NCBI GenBank assembly: GCA_050575255.1
Contig: JBNZDD010013650.1
Location: forward strand, 1,206,198 to 1,270,197
Reading direction: 5' to 3'
Length of the DNA: 64,000 nucleotides
Source of the DNA: Harriotta raleighana
Taxonomy: Eukaryota
Shown: positions 35,135 through 46,700 of the stretch, piece by piece
Position numbering within the stretch: the stretch's first letter is position 1
How the letters are laid out: the number at the start of each line of letters is the position of its first letter
Notes under the pieces: model-generated
What the model saw: only the letters and a program-made list of their open reading frames with translations
Databases searched by the model: none
What the model was told of the DNA's origin: nothing
Position numbers and translations under genes: made by a program

Positions 35135-36242
35135 TTGATTTTTACATCACTTGGTTTGATTTCTCCACAAACATGGACGAAAATGGCATTTCCTATAATT
35201 ACTGTAGAAATGTTGAGCAAAATTTCCCCCCCAGTCTTTTAAGTAACAAATAGGAAGACAAATCATAATTGATACGAATTTCCCACGGACATGTACAAAA
35301 AGCGTTTCACGGACACTTTGTGTAAAAATGTCAATTGAAACCAAATTGCGATGTGTTTTTAGTTGCAATTGTGGAAATGGTATATGATATGATTTGGAGA
35401 AAAGTGAACAGTGTTTCATAAACTTCTTGTAAAATGTTGAGCGATATAAAATTTCAAGTGGTTTTAGCTACAAATGTAGAATTAAATGATACTTGATACG
35501 ATTTTCCCACGAACTTGCCTGAAAATATTTCATGAATTTTCTATAAAAAACTTCGACTGAAATCAAATTTTAAATGGTTTCACCTATATTTAGGTTGTAA
35601 AATGATAATGGACTAGATTTTCAACAAACATGCTCAAATATAGCGTTTCATAGAATTTGTATATATACTTTCATTGCAGTCAAAATTCAACTGTATTAAG
35701 AAACAATTGTATAGTGAAATCAAATTTCATATGGCTTAATGAAGAAATGTGGAATAAATGATACTTGATTGATTCTTCCGCAAACATGCACTAAAATAGC
35801 ATTTCATGGAATTACTGTAGAAATGTCGAGAGAAATAAAATTCCAGTGTTTGAAGCTACGGCAACAGCAGAACAAAATTACATTTGTAAATAAGGAAAAT
35901 CATATTTGATACTATTGATACTATTTCTGGCTCTTTATACAAAAATGTTGAATGAAATCAAATTGCAAAGTTGCTAATGTTGAATAAGATGGTGTGTGAT
36001 ATGATTTTTGCACAAAAATAGCGTTTCATAAATAGCGTTTCCACTTTTTGAGTGGAAAGTAAATCGACTGCTTCCCACCACAATTTGGGAGAGAAATTAA
36101 TTTGCAAGGGATTTTACAGACTAATGTGCCATAGAATAATAATTGATACAATATTCCCACGTAAAAAGGGTCTCTTGGACTTTGTGTAAAAATGTTAATT
36201 GAAATCAAATTGTGAAATGTTTTCTGTTGCAAATGTTGGACT
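35135..36242. repeat. Diverged AT-rich tandem array, monomer about 110-120 bp
   Basis: Recurring TGATA(C/T)GATTTTCCCAC...AAAATAGCGTTTCA...TGTA.AAATGT....GAAATCAAATT at about 35156, 35270, 35385, 35495, 35610, 35765, 35997, 36144. Confidence 0.75.
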
Positions 36243-36620
36243 AAAATACAAAAACAGAAATCGCTGGGAACAATGAGCAGGTCAGGCAGCATCTATGGAG
36301 AAAGGAAAGTGAGTCAACGTTTTGGGTCCACGACACATCGTCAGAATTGAGAGGGAGAGATTTTTAAGAACTAACAGAGAGGGAGGGAAGGGAAGACAAA
36401 GAAGAAAATGGGGTAGAGGACAGAAGATGATGGGGTTTAATGTTATAAAATAAAAGGGGGGGTTATAACAAAACTGGAGAGGAGGTGTTAATAACATAAA
36501 ACAAGGAGGGGGTGAAATTGCAAAATAGGCAGATGGTCACAGAAGAGGGGGGAGGGGGAAGGTCAGTTGACCCATCATCTCATGTCCTGTACCCCATTTT
36601 CTCCTCTCTTCCTTGCCCTG
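36243..36620 (-). mobile_element. Penelope-like element terminal-repeat fragment
   Basis: AAAACAGAAATCGCTGGGAACAATGAGCAGGTCAGGCAGCATCTATGGAG... matches the reverse complement of 63190-63290; carries a hammerhead-like motif; family assignment is from recollection of chondrichthyan repeats. Confidence 0.55.
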
Positions 36621-37460
36621 CCTTCCCCCCCTGTGCTAACTAATTATTGCAAGGCTAGATCCAGTCAAATTTTTCTGTGCCCTTTTCCTATCGATCAGGC
36701 AAAGCGATAAATTTTACTTTTAATACAAATTTGTGTCCAAAGTAAAGACTTGTATGAATTTTATTGCTTCAAGAACAAATGTTACCATATAATAAATTTA
36801 TTAATTTCACACACACAAAATGAACACTATCAGCAAACATGTAGCAAATAAAAAAAGTTAAAGATCGTGACTGAAACAAGTTTAACAAGTTTCATGTTAA
36901 CTTCAGAAAAGTTAACATGAAAAGTATAGAATGATAATTGTTTTGTTTACTGTGTAAAATATTGTAAAAATGCAAGACATTAAGAGTAAGTGAAAATATA
37001 GTCAAAAAGAGTATTTTAAGTGATTAACTGAGAGACACAGCAATTAAATAAACATTTGAACAAGATTAGGTGAAAGGAAAAAATACAGTATTGAATTTTT
37101 CTGTCTCAGCAGAAAGTACTCTTCAAATCCAATCCCACAACTCTCAGATCTAATGTCAATCACAAGAGCTGTACTTCTAATGTCCTCCTAAATCTTCTTG
37201 TTAATTATAATTAAGAAGCAAAGCTACATTTTAAAATGGATTCAACTTGTTTAGACAAAGATGATAATGTACAAGGTATCAAAAGCACTTTTAAATGAAA
37301 CAAATATGCCCACAGAGATGTCTTAATGTCTTTAAAGGCTTAGAGAAATTCAGCAATATTGGGTTGATTAACAATGGTTTTTCAGGTATCATGAATGACA
37401 TGAATCCACTCCAAATAATTGTACAGTACCATCCCTCTTATGTCATTAGCACTTAAGGCA

Positions 37461-37466
37461 TTTATT
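37461..37466 (-). terminator. Candidate proximal DNAAF5 polyadenylation signal
   Basis: Plus-strand TTTATT (AATAAA on minus) about 150 nt after the stop; further signals at 36797-36802 and 36760-36765. Confidence 0.5.
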
Positions 37467-37617
37467 GGGTAAAAAGTACTCGGTGTGCTTGTCTAGTGAA
37501 TTAACATTTGGGTGTTTATAGATTAAAATATATTCTGTTATGTTACATTCAATTGTGAGTTATCCATCTTTAAAACACTACACGTTCTCATTGGAGTTTG
37601 TTGAATTGTTGGCTGTT

Positions 37618-37763
37618 TCAGGCATAGTGTGTGTTGTTGTTCAGTGACTGAATGTGCTGGAGGAGCTGTTCGCAATAATGAGGAGTGCGGTGCTTGTGTT
37701 TCACAGCCTCGATCTCTTGGATGAGCACTTGAGGGAAAATAAAGCTTCCGGCTTTGAGGACAT
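37618..37763 (-). CDS. DNAAF5: DNAAF5 last coding exon with stop
   Basis: caacag|[48 protein letters not shown]. Confidence 0.93.
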
Positions 37764-40700
37764 CTGTTGTGAAAAAAATCCCAGAACATCAGACTTATCT
37801 CAATATATTTTCATTATCAAAATGAATGCAGTACATTTAAAAATATATATATATACACACACTAATTGTACCCATTGCAGCTATGCTTGCAACCAAAGGA
37901 TCCAATATGGAATGTAAATTGACACAGAGACAGACATTTTGTCTCTATCCCTACTCAGCTGGGAGGATTCCTGTGGGAGGACTCCTTTAATATATTTTCT
38001 TTCACGGTCTCTCTGTCTCGTCTCTCAGTCTCTCTCTGTTTCTCTCCCACAAAACACACTGTCACTGCACATTATAACATTATACACATTTTAGTCTCTT
38101 TCACTATCTCAATCTATCTCTGTCATTCCCACATGACAATCCCAAAAAAGTGCCACACATTTGTGGTTGAATGTAGATGTATCTCTCTGTACAGTGTGCT
38201 TTCGTCTGTTGCTATGTACAGTTAACCCTCGTCGATCGCGGGTGTTACGTTCCTGGAAAACTGTGCACTTAATAAATTCACATTGGGTAAGCTTAAGAAG
38301 AAACGGGAAAAGGAAGGTTAGGGGAATCCAGTTGCAGGATACCCACCTCAAGCCACAGAAAGCCGCTTGGGGGGGGGAAGTGGGGGGGAGCAGTGAGCCA
38401 CTCGGAGGAGGGGGAGTAGAGAGCCGCTCGGGGGAGGTAGGGACAGCAGAGAGCCGCTTGGAGGAAGGGGGGGGGAAGCAGAGAGCCGTTCGGGGGCAGG
38501 GAGGGGGAAGAGAGCCGAAGGCATCTGGCTTCGGCTTTGTTATCGCTTTATTACTATAAAAGCAGTGAAACAATAAAAAGAAAGCAATAAAGCAATTAAA
38601 GCAATTAAACCACAGCTAGGCAACATTACTGTTATGAGACTCTTTCTCTGTCTCTTCTGTTTACCATGCAATACCATCAGGATGCTCCGAAGAGTTATCG
38701 GACTTACCCAAGAATGCATTGCACGCGGCGCCAGCCAGCCGAGGGATCATCGGCTTTAGTCGGGATCTGCCGGCCTCATTAAAAGTGCACATGCGCATGG
38801 GACCAGCCAGCCGAGGAATCATTGGATTTAGTCGGCGGCTGTTGGAGTCCTCAGACATGCGCATGCGCACAGGGGCCAGCTAGCGGGTATTCACAAGTTT
38901 TCCGCGTGCTGCACAAAAAAGTGATGCTTTTGTTCGTCACGTATACTTGAATTCGTATTTTATAAAGCCGCCTTCGACGAGGGTTAACTGTAGTTTCAGA
39001 AAACAATGCATAGCTCATTTCTACGGCTCTCTACCCCCCGCCCGCCCCCATTTCAAGACCTTTCCGAGGAGGTATAAATCATGTTTCTATTTCAATCTGT
39101 CATTGAGTGAGTGTCACTGCCACAGACAGACAGACACCTTGTCTTTGCATGTACCTTTTTCCACATCCTAAAGGCACATTCCTGTTCCTGTGCTGGGTGT
39201 GTGCCTGCACAGTGAGTGTTGACGAGCGAACGCAACCACAGAGCCGCTCGGCCAAGCCCAATCCTGTTCTCAACAGTTGCCAAGAGACATGTGACCTTTC
39301 CAGCAGGGATCACTTGTTAGCAGCTGGCAGTGATTGTCATGGCTGAATTTGCCCGCCTGGTTAAGCTATTAACAAAACGACTCCTGAATCTGCCTGATCT
39401 GCAAGGCTCAGTTTCACACCGAGTTGGGAGCAAATATTCCTTTTAATTTGCAGCAGTGAGGAATGTTTACCAGTCAATGTTCACCTAGTGTAAACAGGCA
39501 GGAAGATTACACTAAGATTACATATTCAATTGTCTCCCACCTACAAAATATGGTTACTAGCTCAAAAAAAGTCAATTTCCAAGCACTACTTCAATTCCAA
39601 GCATGTCGAATGTAACTCATATGTACATACAATGTTATTTATGTGCCATTCCTATGATGTTTAAATCAGCAAATTCACACTAACAGTACTGTGAACATCG
39701 GGAATAAAATGAGCTTTAATAAAAGCACTGCACAGCAGTAATGTCCTCATACTGACAACACTATCAGAAATCAGATGACAAATGTTTTCGGGTTAAAGAT
39801 ACCTATGGAATTTCTAATCTCTTTCCTACTTAAAACTACACACTAGCCAGGCTCAATTTTGCTCATCACCATCTTAGTTTAAAAATGGAAACATATTTTG
39901 GGAGTTAAACTTAACCTGAAAGCAGCTTTGAGTGTCTTAATATTGAAAGTATCAAAGAAATATTGAATGAGATGAACATGGAAATGGAAAGGTAACACAT
40001 ATTCTATGTACAAATTATTCAGCGGTTCTCTTTGTTAAGATAATACACCAGTAAACAGCCCACGTTATGAAAAGACTGAAATGGCTAATAATAAATTAGC
40101 ATCAAGCATTGAGCTAATATAAATGTTTCCACTAGATGGCTCCTTACACACTGCTCTCAGACAGCAACTCCTTGAACAGCAAAATGATGCTTTCCTGATC
40201 TATGAATTTTACAGCACAAAAGGAGCCATTCAGCCCATTGTGTCTGTGCCGGCTCTTTGAAAAGAGCTATTCAAAAGTCAATCCCATTTCCTTGCTCTTT
40301 CTCTCTCTCTCTCTCCCCTATACCTCCACAGACCCGTCTTCCCCAAATAACCATCCACCTCTCTTTTAAAGTTGTTATTGAATCGGCTTTACCGCCCCGC
40401 TTTCAGGCAATGCATTCCAAAATCAAACAACTCTCCACATTAATCTTCATCTGCATGTGTCTGTCCATTTTACTATTCTGTCTTTATGCCCTCTTGCGGT
40501 CTGCTACTACCCTCCTCACTGTTTACTACTTTTCCTATCATCTGGTATCATCTGCAAACTTAGAAATTGTACTTCCTATACCCAAGTCCTAATTATTTAT
40601 ATATATTAAAAAGAGCAGTGGCCCAGTGCTGATCCCTGAGGGACACCACTGTACACTTCCCTCCAGTCAGAAAAACCATTCACCACAATTCTTGCTTTCT

Positions 40701-43700
40701 GTCTCCCAGCCAATTCTGGATTCATGCTGCCATTGTACCTTTAATACCATGGGCTATTTTCCTTATAAACCTCTCATGTGGCATTTTATCAAATGCCTTT
40801 TGAAAGTTGATATAAACTATTCCATATAAATCCTCAAGTTATTTTTATTTATGGATGAAATTCACACTGTAGGAATTACAAAGTGCACTTAGTACATACA
40901 ACCTTACTATGTGTGTTCCCTATGATCACAACCTAAGTAGAGGTTTATAATGTCTCAGAATTGTGTGAACACATGCTCGCAAGCAAGAGTTTACACATCG
41001 CATCAATTACAAGTGGCAGAGCTTCCCATTGGCAAACAATTATTGGCACAAGGTCATTATTGGCTCAAAAGTGTAACAGGGGCTGGGATGTATTGTGTTA
41101 CTTCTGCAGTCAAAAAGGTGCTGGTTCACAAATACCTAACAGTAATTAAACTCAAAATTCAATCCAATCCTGTGGCTTGTAAAACAATTTTTTTTCTTTG
41201 TCAACTAATACAAAGATTGATGCAATGACAATAGATTTCTTTCTTGATTTCATTCATCAAGGTTTTGGGGAAAGACAGCTTCTGCAAACCAGCTGCAGAG
41301 ATTTATCAAAGGAAATGGTTTGCTTGTGTTTTATAGCATCAAATTACGGAGACAAATTGCTCAACTAAACATTGGCTGGTATCAATGGTGCGATGTTTTG
41401 CCTCACGACAGCACCAGCCGTCAGCAAACTGAACTGTTATCCACAGTTCCGTTGAGAAATGTTCCACTTGCACTATACAGTGCCCTTATGTGGACAATCA
41501 AAGTGTATCTCATCGAGGAAGCACTGTTTATTCTCCTGGGAATGAACAACGATATTAAATAAAGTTCAACCGAGGGAGCATTTTGACACCTTGTTATTTT
41601 ATGAATGTGAATAAACAGCACAAATATGTAAACAAAATCGAACATAAGTGATATTTTACGTGTGTGTATTTAATGCTACAGAAAGTAAAACTACTTATTC
41701 CTTTTTTTTTACTGGATCTTCTCTTCAGGCAGAGAATGAGCTGCTAAAAAAACAATGAAGTTGTGAAAGTAGTGCCTATATTTTGTTAAACTGTTCTACC
41801 CTAATTGAGAGTTTATTTTCCCAAAAGGCACACTTAAAATTATATCCAAATATCCATAAATCTTTCAATTTGGTTAGATTTCCTTTCATGTTGGGTCACT
41901 TGGCAACACTATAAAAGTTTTGTCTGGCTCCTTGTCGCTAACCATAATAAAGACTGCTGTTAACCTGCATCTGCTGCTACAAGCATAATGTAGGATAATG
42001 GTTTGACTACAGATCTCATGAAACACTGACCAAGTGGCACTCAAATGCAATGGAAACCTTGCTTGAGCATGTCCATGGCTGTCAGCAACAAAGAGAGAAG
42101 AAAGAAACTATCCATTTTCCTGGCAGCAAGTCAAACATTGCAAATCTGGGGCTGGCTAGCATTTGGGGAATGGAAGAAAAAATAAATCAATGGCTTCTGT
42201 CGTTGCAAATAGAATTAGAACTAAGCCGATTGCTTGAAGCCTTTTTAAATGTTACTGGGCAATGTCAGATGGGTAAACGAAACAGCTGCGTTAAATAAAA
42301 CATTAGATAAAACTTTTTTGTTGTTAGATAATAATCCTTGCATTTTAATATAACACTTTTCATGTCTTCTAGACGTCTCAAAGTGCTTCACAGAATATAC
42401 TGTAAAGTGAATTGACTGTATATTTGTGGGCGAAAAGCGGCAGCCGATTCCGCACAGCAGTATTCCACAAACAGTGGATTGAAATGACCAATTTATTATA
42501 TATTTTTTGACAGATTATTATTAGGCGTGTGGAGTAAGGAAACTTGCCCAATGTTTCGCCCTGATCTGCCTAGATTCGAACACAGGTCTCACGCTTGTAA
42601 GGCAAGTGCTCTAACCACTGAGCTACAGGACTCCTGTGGATAAAACATCATGGTTTAGATGAGGTGCTTACAAACAATTAGAGCACAACAATTCAGAGAA
42701 AACGATGATAGATTTGTGTATCAGATCTCCGCAGTTTACATGTTGAGCTATTTGTGAGGATACAATGCAATGTGTGTGAAATGACACAAAGCACATCAGA
42801 GAGAGAGAAGAGAGAAAGGACGATTGGGTAAAGCATGCAGTGACGTCAAAGTTTAAGCACTTGACATATTTACTTTGTTCTTGAGCAGTGAAAAATTCAA
42901 AATAATTTTTAAAAAAATAAGTGGAACCACTAGTTTCCAGCAGAGGTTGCAGTCAATGCCACTTTTGTTCACTTACTGGCACTTTGGTTGAGACACTGTG
43001 ATACAGTTTGCTTAATTGAGTCTTGGCAAAGTCAAGCAACAGCGTACAAAAATGAAAAACTTCACACAAAACTTTCATATTTTTATTGGAGGGTTTCACA
43101 TGGCGTTTTAGTTGAATGAGCTGCAACTATTAACTGTGAAAGCATAGGACTTTATCCTGGAAAGGTTTCTTGAAAGTACCAGTGTTCATTAACATTAATG
43201 ATAAAAATAATAATCCTTGCATTTCATACAGCAATTTATCATATCATCAAAACATCTCAAATCTTCTAAGCATTTTACTTTAGGGTGTATTTGTAGGCGC
43301 AAGGAAGTGGAAGATGTTGGATAAAGACTGAAATTTCATGAAATATAAACTGAACAATTAGGAGTGTAAAGTTATTTACAAGTTATGCATTGTATTTATA
43401 AACAACCACTTAATCACATTTGAAAAGAAATAGGCTTTGCATGGATATTTTAACTAGAGTTGAGTTGAGGTGCACAGTGCATAAAACTGATATCTGACAC
43501 TGGAGGTGGTGAGAGCATTCTGGCCAAGTACTAACCAATATCAAGCACCAGAGGAGAGTAAGCATTCTGTATAAAACATGTGACTCCTCAGCCTGAATCA
43601 CTGGAGGTTCATAGAGTGAATTTGCTGGAGTGCTTTAAAGAGTTTCCTGACCAAACAATTTAAAGAATTTAAGATGCAGATGAAAACTGCAATTTATACA

Positions 43701-46700
43701 CTGATACAAGAAAAAGCACTGCCTGATATTGTTGTTGAAGTATGGAGATAGGACACATAGCTGACTGGGATCCAGAGGGCACATTTGAGCTGTTGAAATC
43801 AAGTGATTTTCCTATTTGCTTACAATTTAGATACTTGATGAGATATCGTACTTAATGATGGAGAGATCAAAGAGGAGGTGCTTCACATGCAAGGGAAGAG
43901 ATAAACGAATAGGTCAGCCTGAGTTGATACTGTGATTACACTTTGACTTCTTCCACAAAGGAATCACTAGAAAGAAGACAGAAACATACGGCACTCTTTC
44001 TCCTCTCAGATTTAGAATCCCTTTGTCTGTAGTGGTTACTGTAATAATGGAGCGATCTGTAATAAATGCCAATGGGAAAATCTGCTACCCTGTGGTTTAA
44101 GTGCACTTGGGACATCCTTGGGATATCCTCCTAACGTCCAATTACAGGTGTAATTTTGTTGTTTTTGTTAATAATTATTTGGTTAGAATGAGAAGGAAAA
44201 GCATCACTTACCTAACACAGTTGTTTGAATGTCCCTCTCCGGATCATCCAGATGAACTAAAAGCCCATGATACAGGAATTCAATGTGGCTCCTGAACAAT
44301 ATCCGGTCATAATCATTACCAGTGCACTGAAACCAAATGGCAAGAGCTTTGGCGGCTTCCACCCGCACTTCGTCCAAACCATCGTCCATACGCTTGAGAA
44401 GTTCTAATTTGAAACAAAGACACATGGTAATGGTCATCACCTGCATTATGAAAATGTTCTTTCCACAGCTCAAGAAATTGAACATTGATCCATTTTCACT
44501 AGTATGAATAAACAACATAGCAACGAGGTAGAAATAAAATTGATATAGCACAAAAGTGAAGTCTCTTTGTACAAATGCAAGCATTACATTTATTTACTTA
44601 CATTCAAGAAAAATCAATCGTGATAAAATCCCAATTGAGGATAAAAAACAATATAGGGATATAGAAAATCTTATGTGGATGACAAGCTGTTGCTCCCTCA
44701 GCTCTTCCTTGTAGTTACCTGGGGAAATTTTATTGAGCTGATCAGGGTTCAGACGATTCCCACAAAGTTTCATTATGGCACTGAGAATACGACAAGCCAA
44801 TGTTCGAGCAATTTTAGAGTCTTCATCCAACGCTGAAATCACCAACGGCAGCAGATCCTCATATATTGTAAAAGTCTGAAGTTACAAATTCCAGCATTAG
44901 AAACCATCATTACCATTATCACTGTCCCTCTTCCCTGTGCATTTAGTTATTTTTAATTTATTGTAATTATATGGATTTTGTTACATTAAGAGTGAGCCCT
45001 CGATGCTAGGAATTGAACCAAATTTTGCTATTGGGGTTTGGAAATGTGAACCAGACTGTTCCAAGTGTTTGGTCAGGAACTTCACAAATCATTTAATGTC
45101 AATTTCGCCCAGTTAATAGCTTTTATGCCTCTGGGTTAGAAGGTTACAAGTTAAAAGTCCCAAACCAGGACATGAACTAAACATGCCAGTAGGCATTCCA
45201 GTACAATACTGATTGAGCTTTGCAATGGGAGAGATTTTACTCTTTGGATGCAACATTTAACTGAGGATTCATAGAATCATAGAATTTTACGGCACAAAAG
45301 GAGGCCATTCGGCCCATCTAGTCTGTGCCGGGTCTTAGAAAAGAGCAACACAATCCCACTGCTCAGCTTTCTCCCCATAACCTAACAGACCCGTTCTCCC
45401 TAAATAAATATCTAATTCTCTTTTAAAACCTGTTATCGAACCGGCCTCCACCAGCTTTTCAGGCAATGCATTCCAGATTTGAACAACTGAGTGAAAATAT
45501 TTCTCGTCAGCTCCCCTCTGCTTTGCTTTGAAACTATTTTAAATCTGTGACCACGAGTCACAGATTCACCCACCAGTGGAAACAATTTTTCCTTATTCAC
45601 CCTGTCGAATCCCCTCATTTTATAAACCTCTATTAGGTCTCCTCTGAATCTTCTCTGTTCCAAAGAGAATAAACCTAAGCTATCTAGCCTTTCCCCATAA
45701 ATTAAATCTCTAAATCTTGGTACCATTCTAGTAAACCTTATTTGCATCCTTTCCAAACCCTTAACATCCTTTCTATAGTGTGGCGACCAGAATTGGACGC
45801 AGATGAGGCCTAACCAAAGTTTTATACAGGTTAGTCAGCACATCCTGACTTTTGTACTCATCTGATGATTCAAGTGATGTTCACAGAGTATGATTTCAAA
45901 TACGAACAGGGAAATCCAGTGTCTTGACCAATACACCTTCCTGGCTATTCTAAAACTAGCAGGCTGAAAACAATGTGAACCTGAGCAAGTTCTTTGAGAC
46001 CTTCAGCAATGCAAAGGTAATATTCCCACAAGGGCAATTTTTTTTAGTTCCTATACAATCTGAATATTGGCTTGGTTTAGAGCTGCTCAAGTATTTCTGA
46101 AACATTTACCTGTTGTTGTGTGAGAATCTGGGTGTGAAGCAGTGCCCACAAGCACGATACAGTAGTTGTGCGGACAGCAGCTGCTATCCTCCCACCATGC
46201 CAGAGTAGATTGGGCACCAAAATATCATTCACCAGTGTCTCCAGGTAGTTACAGAACTGCCTAATGAAATCAAGACGTGGCAGTTAGAAGGGGAACAGCC
46301 AACCAAGCCATGGCGACGTGAAGAACTGTAGAGGTGGAATTTTTTAATTAAAAAAACGTGTGGGTGGAAGGTCAGTGTATTTTCAGCCAAATTACATTAC
46401 ACAGTAAGTCACAGGTGGAACATTTGATGACTGGCTTTGCTCGCTAGGGGAGAAATTAATTTGACCAATATATCCAAATTGGAATGATAAAAGTTGTTCA
46501 TTTATTTGATCATGGATTACACTTTTGTGGGGTAAACTACTGTTTTTTATCCATAATTTAACATTTGTTACAAAACACAGTACAACTGCCATGTGAAAAA
46601 CAGCAGATACCAAGGAGTTGTACACTACAACCATTTTGACAAATGCTGCAACGTGAAGAGCTGAATCAATGGAAAAATATAGAAATACGTGCCAAAAAAT

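Noticed and set aside
35135-36242. CRISPR-like repeat-spacer array
   Set aside because: Vertebrate DNA; units are diverged along their full length with no constant repeat and unique spacer, and no cas genes
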